Assembly (NCBI GenBank): GCA_963765895.1
Contig: CAVXZB010000023.1
Span: 160,001 to 224,000, forward strand
Origin: an uncultured Nitrososphaeraceae archaeon
GTDB taxonomy: Archaea; Thermoproteota; Nitrososphaeria; Nitrososphaerales; Nitrososphaeraceae
Reading direction: 5' to 3'
DNA length: 64,000 nucleotides
The notes below the pieces were generated by a model, which was given only the letters and a program-made list of their open reading frames with translations, was not told the DNA's origin and did not search any database. A program made the translations under genes and the position numbers. Below are positions 56,495-64,000 of the stretch, in pieces. How positions within the stretch are numbered: position 1 is the first letter of the stretch; the number at the start of each line of letters is the position of its first letter.

Positions 56495-57076
56495 ATAGGC
56501 TTTTCACAGTGTGTGTAAATCCCTGGACGACAATCTTTTATATTTTTATAATATTTCCTCATGATATACATCTATAGGAAGATGCAAAATATTTGGGTAT
56601 TTAGAAATCACAAATTGTGTTAGAATTCGCCCCTTGCAAAACAGAGAACGTTTTAAACTTTGTACAAGGTGGGGTATGATCACCTGACATGCGTTTACAC
56701 GTCTTTTGATTAGGAAAAATAACAGTTATTTCGAAATAGATATTGCAGAAGTTGATTGAATTTGTATTTCTTTTCATTCATGATACACCTTTTAACCCAA
56801 ATTATTTTTAGAATATTGTCCCATAGCGAGGCAGATGTAATCCACGTTACCAGGTCCTCTGGAAATAATAACTTAATTTGAGGATTAAACTGATGGGAAA
56901 GATTTAGAACAGCTTTCACTTTAGATAAAAGAATAGATCATCTGCCCAGAGCTTAAAAGTAACTTGGATAACAAAACTTATTTGTTACTGATTCCGATTT
57001 ACTTTATCTGATTACGGCTCTTAATTGTAGGCATATGCAAAGATTAAATAATGCTCTGCAGTTGCTATATGGGCTA

Positions 57077-57478
57077 TTGACCCAGTTTAAAGTCATTATT
57101 TCTGATTCTAATGGTAGGAGCCAAACGCAAGAGCTAAAAGATGTAGCAGCACAGCCATTTTTGGGCTCTAAGATTGGAGATTCTATTGATTCTTCTACTG
57201 TCGGGATTACTGGAGGTAAGATCAGGATCACTGGTGGAAGCGATAGGTCAGGTACACCTATGCGTCCAGATATACATGGTGGAGTTAAGAAATATGTCCT
57301 TTTATCAAAAGGGGTCGGCATGCGAGATATCAAAGAGGGCAATAGAATTAGAAAGTTAGTAAGAGGAAATTTAATTACCGAGGAAATCTATCAGTTGAAT
57401 TGTATGTTGCTCGACAGTAATTTGCCCGATATATCAATAAATCAAGATAAACCCGCAAAGGACGACACAAAGCAATAA
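57077..57478 (+). CDS. rps6e: Ribosomal protein S6e
   Basis: FKVIISD, ITGGSDRSGTPMRPDIHG, RKLVRGN; TTG start at 57077. Confidence 0.93.
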   Translation: MTQFKVIISDSNGRSQTQELKDVAAQPFLGSKIGDSIDSSTVGITGGKIRITGGSDRSGTPMRPDIHGGVKKYVLLSKGVGMRDIKEGNRIRKLVRGNLITEEIYQLNCMLLDSNLPDISINQDKPAKDDTKQ

Positions 57479-57681
57479 GATGGTACTCTGGCATGAAAGA
57501 CTGATCTGGACAAGTTCCCCATCCAAGAAGATATTCGCAAATAATGATTATATTGTTAACATGGCTTTTTTTGGTCGTTGTGTGTCTCCCAATTCGAGAG
57601 TATTCTGTCTATTGGTAGAATAATTTTTTAACTAAAGTACGATAACTACCTTAATATCACTCAGTAAATTCAGTATATGGA

Positions 57682-58946
57682 TTGCATTGGAGAGATACAC
57701 TACCTGACTGGTATATCAAAGAATACGGATATCAACCAAATATAAATATAGGGACGTCCGGTCACGTCGACCACGGAAAGACCACCTTAGTAGAAGCTAT
57801 AACTGGAGTCTGGACAAGTGCGCACAGTGAGGAGTTAAGAAGAGGCATTACCATTAAGGTCGGCTATGCCGACGCAGCATTCTATAAATGTCCACAATGT
57901 CCGCCACCCGATTGTTATTCGACTAATCCGTCATGTGCACGATGCGGAGGAAAAAGCGAGCTATTGAGGGTTGTCAGCTTCGTTGACTCGCCTGGCCACG
58001 AAAGCCTTATGGCAAACATGTTGTCAGGATCTGCGCTTATGGATGGAGCGATCTTAGTCATTGCTGCAAATGATCGAGTTCCCCAACCTCAAACCCGGGA
58101 GCACTTGCTTGCACTCCAGGTTCTAGGCATAAAACAAATAGTGGTTGTTCAGAATAAAGTGGATCTAACTGATTCTGAAAAGGCAGTCGAGAATTATGAA
58201 GAAATAAAGGAATTTGTAAGAAAAAGTGTAGCAGAGACGGCTCCCATAATTCCGGTATCCGCGCAGCACAAAATAAATATCGATGCTTTAATAGAAGCCA
58301 TCGAGAGCACAATAGAAACTCCTGTTCGCAAGAAAAATGCAAGCGCGATAATGCACGTCTTGCGCTCGTTTGATGTCAACAAGCCTGGAATCCGAATTAA
58401 ACAAGTCAAAGGAGGAGTCATTGGTGGTGCACTGGTCCAAGGAGAATTTAACATAGGGGACGAAGTAGAAATTCGACCAGGTTTTTTTGACGAGAAGAAA
58501 GGTAAATATGAACCAATTAATTCTACGATCGCGACATTAGGCACAGGGGCTGGTTTGGTAGATACTGTGAAACCAGGAGGACTCATTGCTCTCGGGTACT
58601 AAATTGGATCCAACGTTCGTAAAGAGTGATTCCCTAATCGGATCCGTTGTTGGAAAACCTGGAGAGTTACCCAAGGATATTGAAGATATAGTTGTTGAAG
58701 TACAGCTGTTTGATACCGCAGTAGGTACTCAAGAATTAGTTAAAGTTGATCCCATCAGAGTTAAGGAACCGTTGAGACTAAACATAGGTACAGCGAGCCA
58801 CATTAGGAACGGTTGCAAATTCTAGAGATAACAGAGTAGAGATAAAATTGAAAAAACCCATTTGCATGATGTCTAAAAGTAGAGTGGCTATTAGCAGAAG
58901 GATAACGGATAGATGGAGACTAATAGGAGCGGGTATAGCCTCATAG
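57682..58946 (+). CDS. eif2g: Translation initiation factor aIF2 gamma (apparent frameshifts ~58595, ~58795)
   Basis: GHVDHGKTT, RRGITIK, DSPGHE, NKVD, RSFDVNKPG; restored end SRRITDRWRLIGAG. Confidence 0.95.
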
Positions 58947-59294
58947 CAAGGTGACTATCTTAACCTAAGTGGTTTTCCGTAGAACAGGTTACACTACGCG
59001 AATTAGCATTAGATCACACCTCTTTATTTGACCTTAATTATTAGATTGGTATTTCCATCCGTTGTCTAAGGCGTAGTTAAAGCTAATATAAAGTTGAGAT
59101 TCTAGTTTAGAAATCGGGTGACGTCTCGTAAAATCGGTAGTTGTTGCTTAGAGGCCCGAGTGACATTATCGATGTTCGCGTACTCTTCTTCTGGTAGGTT
59201 TCTTAACTCATTAAAAATCGATTTTCCTTGCCGATGATGTTGTCTCAAGTTATGAGAAAGTTTTTAATCTGGAATCAATCCGACATAAAAGATA

Positions 59295-60392
59295 ATGAGA
59301 GTTCTGGATATAGTGAGGACGAAAGTGGTTAGCCTTGATCCGGATGAGACAGTAGGCAAGGCTTTGAATATAATGTCTAAAAACAAGATTCATCAAATAC
59401 CGATTATCGATGGCGATTCAATATATAGGGGTATGATATTTGCGAAACAATTTGTGAGTATAAATGCCCTGCCTGACTCCAAACTCAGGAGCTTTATTTG
59501 TAATACTCCAATCCTTAATGAAAATGAGCAGATTGAAAAATGTGCCCAACTTATGATCGTCAGTGCGAATAGGGCATTACCATTACTCGATAACGGACGA
59601 CTTATAGGCCTAATTAGTGAGACAGACATTCTGAAGATTTCAGATTTCGGACATGCCACTGTAGATGAAGTGATGTCTGGTGCAATTGTAATTGAGGAAC
59701 AAACTACCCTAGGTAATGCGCTGTCTAAGATGCGTCGATACAATATATCGCGTCTTCCAATAATTAACACCAACGGAGTCCTAGTTGGTATCATTAACGC
59801 ACTGGACATAGCTGAAGTGATTTCCACTCCTCGGGAAAGGTCAACTAAGTCTAAAGGAATCGGTAGTCTAGCTACAATTAGAGATCTCGAAGTGAAATCC
59901 ATTATGAAACGCGCAATATCTGTCGAAAGGCGTACGAGAGTAAATGACATTATAGGCCATTTCAACAATAATGAAGAAGTAGTCATTGTCGGAGATAGAA
60001 GGCCCATAGGAATTGTCACTCCCAAGGATATCTTGGAACTGATTCTTCCCAGGATCAACAAACCTACTATTCATGTGGCTCATCTAGTAGATGAAGTCAC
60101 CCGTTCGGAGATCGAGACACAAATGCACAAATTTTTAGAAAAAATCCAGGGAAAATTGGGAGATATTCATCTAGCAGTGGTTTACGTCGACAAACATAAG
60201 ACCCGGAAATATTCGATGCGGGCCAGGTTATTTACTGATAAGGGAGTTATTAATGCAAAAGGTGTTGCGTTTGATCCCGTGAGCTCATGTAAGGTGATGA
60301 TATCCAGACTCGATAGACAAATAAAATCGGAACATAGTCAAAGAGTTAGAGACAGGAAGCATGCAAGATCAGCAAGAGGCACCATGAGATAG
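59295..60392 (+). CDS. Four CBS domains plus C-terminal HPF/RaiA-like domain (probable ribosome hibernation factor)
   Basis: CBS repeats (QIPIID, ALPLLD, RLPIIN, IGIVT); C-terminal KFLEKI...YSMRARL...ISRLDRQIK. Confidence 0.7.
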   Translation: MRVLDIVRTKVVSLDPDETVGKALNIMSKNKIHQIPIIDGDSIYRGMIFAKQFVSINALPDSKLRSFICNTPILNENEQIEKCAQLMIVSANRALPLLDNGRLIGLISETDILKISDFGHATVDEVMSGAIVIEEQTTLGNALSKMRRYNISRLPIINTNGVLVGIINALDIAEVISTPRERSTKSKGIGSLATIRDLEVKSIMKRAISVERRTRVNDIIGHFNNNEEVVIVGDRRPIGIVTPKDILELILPRINKPTIHVAHLVDEVTRSEIETQMHKFLEKIQGKLGDIHLAVVYVDKHKTRKYSMRARLFTDKGVINAKGVAFDPVSSCKVMISRLDRQIKSEHSQRVRDRKHARSARGTMR

Positions 60393-60397
60393 ATAAG

Positions 60398-60528
60398 CGC
60401 AGATGAGGAGATTCGAACTCCTGATCGCCAACAGGCGAATCGGCTTGCTCTTAGCCCCGTAACTCAAGGCCGACGCATTATTATGTTCTTGCTGTTTTGA
60501 GCACAAAAGACCACTCTGCCACATCTGC
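60398..60528 (-). tRNA. tRNA-Ser(TGA) with two introns (D-loop ~29 nt; 37/38 ~17 nt)
   Basis: GCAGATG/CATCTGC acceptor, G discriminator, TCGGC-CTTGAG[..]A-GCCGA, long variable arm, GTTCGAATC. Confidence 0.85.
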
Positions 60529-60925
60529 ACGATTGATATCGTTAGCTAACTTACTATTATATGTTAACAAACAGATTGTTAGATATCCTGTCATATTTAC
60601 AATATCTAATATACGATTTACTTTCGTAAAGATGACAAGATACAAAAGCACGACCATAAAATAATAGATCTCTTCAAGACATATTTGACCTTTATCAATT
60701 GTACCTATAAGATTTGGACACGGTTTTGGGAATCTACTTCATCTACATGCAAAGCAAAATATTCTCACTAGCGAAAACAAGATTGTTTATCTTTTTGATT
60801 TTGATTTTAATTTGCACTCAACCCCGCGTTGTTTAATAATGTTCAGTATAGAGACATTTAAAATGTTAGTTTCTGTTTCGAATTGACTTATTTAGTAACT
60901 GCTTCAATCTAGCAAGGTCATTCAT

Positions 60926-60964
60926 AAAAGAGGAAAGGACTAATCAAACAGTTAATAGTCCTTT
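60926..60964 (-). terminator. Hairpin plus T-tract after the Lys-rich micro-ORF
   Basis: AAAGGACTA(60934-42)/TAGTCCTTT(60956-64). Confidence 0.5.
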
Positions 60965-60976
60965 ATCAATGATCTG

Positions 60977-61039
60977 TTATTTTTTTGTCTTTTTTTCTCC
61001 CTTCTTTGCAGACTTAGCTGCTTTCTTCTTTGCCACCAT
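60977..61039 (-). CDS. 20-aa lysine-rich microprotein
   Basis: MVAKKKAAKSAKKGEKKTKK*; TTTAAATA box ~30 nt upstream; terminator-like element downstream. Confidence 0.6.
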   Translation of the reverse strand: MVAKKKAAKSAKKGEKKTKK

Positions 61040-61129
61040 TTTTCAATTTTATAAAATAACGATTTGTATTTAAATATTTTATAATATAATATTAACTCTA
61101 AATTATTCAGGAATACTAGGATTTAATCT

Positions 61130-61801
61130 CTAATCATTCTTCGTTAGGATTTTTGTTTCGCAAATCTTCACAAGATTACTAAATGTCATAGCATCTTGTT
61201 CCGAACCCACGATTGTTCCATAATGCATAGGTACTACAAACTTTGTAGGTCTTATAAGTTCGTTTGTTGCCTTCGCCGCCTCTTCTGCAGTCATAACATA
61301 TGTTCCAGATACCGGGACCAGAGCAATATCTGGTTTCGTGAATTCCATTTCTGGGATCATGTCACAATCTCCTGCGTGATATATTCGATACTTATCTAAG
61401 ACAATTATAAAACCTAGCTTATTATCTGTCTTAGGGTGGAAGCTCTTGTTTGTATTATAAGCAGGTACGCCTTCAATGAGGAAATTTTGGACCGTCAGCT
61501 TTTCACCTGGTTTAACCCCCCTAGATTCATGTGGAAGATCTGCTAACTTTTCAATACACTCGTCAGAGGCTAATATGTTAGTTTTTGGGTTCAAGATTTC
61601 CTTCAAATCCTCTAGGCTAAGATGGTCAAAGTGGTTGTGAGAAATAAGAACTATGTCTGCGTCATGGGCATTTTTTCTTGATTCACTCAACTTATATGGA
61701 TCGATGTAGATAGTTTTTTTTTCTTTATCATTTTTTGCAAAAACAATTTTGAATCCATCATGACCAAGCCAGGTTATCTGACAGGAACCATTTTGTAACA
61801 T
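61130..61801 (-). CDS. Metallo-beta-lactamase-fold hydrolase
   Basis: WLGH, SHNHFDH, YHAGD, PMHYG. Confidence 0.9.
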   Translation of the reverse strand: MLQNGSCQITWLGHDGFKIVFAKNDKEKKTIYIDPYKLSESRKNAHDADIVLISHNHFDHLSLEDLKEILNPKTNILASDECIEKLADLPHESRGVKPGEKLTVQNFLIEGVPAYNTNKSFHPKTDNKLGFIIVLDKYRIYHAGDCDMIPEMEFTKPDIALVPVSGTYVMTAEEAAKATNELIRPTKFVVPMHYGTIVGSEQDAMTFSNLVKICETKILTKND

Positions 61802-61834
61802 GTCATTTTTCTAGAGCCATTTTAATTTAAAGGT

Positions 61835-62224
61835 TTAATATTGAATGTTATTAGCTACTATTATTCGATTTTTGCTAAGTGTAAAAACGAGAATTTCAGT
61901 TTCAATGAGCTTTCGCTTTAAATTCTTGTCAAGTGTTGCAGCAGCACATCTATTGGTCCTAACATAGTCAACTATCGCATCATCTACAGGATAAGATCGC
62001 TTGAATTTAACTAATCCAAATCTAGAATGAGCAATTTTAATAGCAGTCCTTGCAATCATGGATCGTTTTGGCCCCGCCACATCTTGAATATGCTTTAATT
62101 CGTCCAGTACCAGGTCTGGAACTAAGAAACACAATCTGCCCAATTCACTCTCAATATTATCCAATCGACTTATTCGATTAGAGACAAGAACCATTAGAAA
62201 ACTTGTATCGCAAATGACCTTCAC
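61835..62224 (-). CDS. PIN-domain protein (Utp24/Fcf1-like)
   Basis: VICDTSFL, VLDEL, VDDAI, ATLD. Confidence 0.82.
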   Translation of the reverse strand: MKVICDTSFLMVLVSNRISRLDNIESELGRLCFLVPDLVLDELKHIQDVAGPKRSMIARTAIKIAHSRFGLVKFKRSYPVDDAIVDYVRTNRCAAATLDKNLKRKLIETEILVFTLSKNRIIVANNIQY

Positions 62225-62584
62225 AACTATTTCATCACTCTAACAATTACTGATCGGAATATATTCTGCATAGGATTTATAAAGTGCAATTCATCTTAAT
62301 ATCTATTGATCCAAAGAAGTAAAACGGCGATGATACTTCTGCATTCTGAATCTAATTCGTGATCTAGCATGTGTCTTAAATCATTCTTCTGCTGTGCGAC
62401 AGATTTGAGCGATAAAACAAGTAGTTGTTTTCCAAAATATGGACATTTCTCTTTAGAATTGAAGCAGAATTAACATCTCTAAAAGCATTATATTTTTTAT
62501 CCTGCAGTTTAAGATGGTGTAGAGAACACAGGATATCTATTACAAAAATGTAAAAGTGATAATCGCAAACTGTACCATCAAAAC

Positions 62585-63630
62585 ATATCACGTAACGTCT
62601 CCATACCTCTAAAGGTATTGGAAGCCTATACAAGAGATGTTGGCCGTGGCGTAGCACGTATTGACTATGACTCTATGGATTCTTTAAGCGCCTCTACTGG
62701 GGATGTTATAGAGATTAGAGGCAAACGTAGAACTGTTGCCAAATGTTTACCTCTCTACCCTTCAGATGAAGGTAAAGGGATTATCAGAGTAGATGGTCTG
62801 GTGAGGAATAATGCAGGAGTGGCAATAGGAGATACTGTAGTAGTAAGAAAGATTAAAGCAGTTCCAGCTGAAAAAGTAATAGTTGCACCTTTGGAAACAA
62901 TACCTTCTATAGATGAAAGATACCTAGCAGATGCCTTGGAGAGCGTTCCACTCATTAAGGGAGATAACGTGATGGTTCCATATTTTGGTGGAAGACTTAC
63001 TTTCCAAGTTATAGGCGTAACTCCAGTTGCGGACGCAATTTTGGTAACGCAAAAGACAGTGTTTCAGATATCAGAAAAGGGTGAAGTAGCAAGAGGAATT
63101 ACTAATGTGGCATATGAAGACATTGGCGGATTAAAGGAGGAAATCCAAAAGGTGTTCTGCTTCATTGTACTCTTAGTACAGGTAAAACTTTTACTCGTAA
63201 AATCTGTTGCAAGAGTCTAAGCTAATTTTACTAGCGTACGTGAGGCCTGAATTACTTAGCAAGTGGGCAGGTAAATTCAAAAAGGGGATTTAGAGAGATA
63301 TTCAGAATGGCAAGTCAAGCGGCCGGTTGTATAGTTTTCTTTGATGAAATTGATTCTATTACACTGCCTAGAGAGTGGGCATTGAATATACCCTTGCAAG
63401 TACTGAAAGAACTGTATCACAGCTCCTCGAGTGAGGATGAAATTCAACAGTTAAGTGGAGCGGTCACAGTTGCAGATACAAGTATAAATGATATGATTGA
63501 TCCGGCGTTAGTTAAACTAGGCGTTTTGATAAAATAGTTTTTATTCCTAATCCAGAGAGAAAATCCTAAAAGCATATTCAAGGGCAAAGCCATTAATCAA
63601 AATTTGGATATCGCAAAAATGACACGTCTT
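62585..63630 (+). pseudogene. cdc48: Cdc48/VAT AAA ATPase copy: intact N-domain, D1 deleted, D2 decayed
   Basis: LKVLEAYTRDVGRGVARID...YEDIGGLKEEIQKV jumps to degenerate GKT..SKW..REIF..FFDEIDSI..MIDPAL; probable start codon reads ATA at 62585. Confidence 0.85.
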
Positions 63631-64000
63631 TAAAAAGAGGATTCTAGCAGAACGATGGCTCTCTAAGTATAGGTGATGTTAATGACAAAGCTATCCTCTT
63701 GATTCATCGAGAGTTATTCTGGATAGATTCAGATATTCTACAATTCACGGCAAACATTATTGTTGATGGTAACAATTAATTTGGAATTATGAATTCTCAG
63801 GACATGTTTTTCCTCTTCAATAGTCCGTATTATTATCTTCATTAGGAGCGATCTCCAGTGAACACTTCACGGAGAAGTCATCCCATTCCAATCCAATCCA
63901 CTAATGCTCTGTCAAAGATATAGATTAAAATTGCATGGAGAATAAGTCTTTGCCTACGAGTATATTCTTAAGAGGAGCATTTATTGGTAGGTTTCAGCCG

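Noticed and set aside
4329-58946. Programmed frameshifting or real pseudogenisation of kae1, nirK, rtcB and eif2g
   Set aside because: No slippery sites, several are essential genes, and indels coincide with short palindromic motifs; sequencing error is more parsimonious

Overview
Chromosomal segment of an ammonia-oxidising archaeon, most likely Nitrososphaerales. Signature genes are Topo IB, thaumarchaeal NirK, CofG/CofH, Taw1, an MtrA-like protein and intron-containing tRNAs. Core blocks lie at 1-5.3 kb (purF-like, sulfite reductase, ychF, kae1) and 28-64 kb (bud32, rdgB, nirK, PKD surface protein, taw1, three tRNAs, top1B, cofGH, rtcB, rps6e, eif2g, CBS-HPF, PIN, decayed cdc48). Between them is a ~23 kb accessory region with an MFS/MarR pair, two-component genes, an SDR, IS5 and IS481 remnants and pseudogenes. 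Many genes, including essential ones, carry single-base frameshifts. These fall at GCNGC, GTAC and AGCT sites and are best read as methylation-linked base-calling errors. Highlights missing from the ORF track are a secreted peptide with a 14-His, 19-aa mature part, a 20-aa Lys-rich microprotein, small Cys/His proteins and many strongly self-complementary intergenic stretches (candidate structured RNAs). A cdc48 copy keeps a near-pristine N-domain fused to a decayed D2. All calls come from reading the sequence by eye; no searches or folding programs were run.
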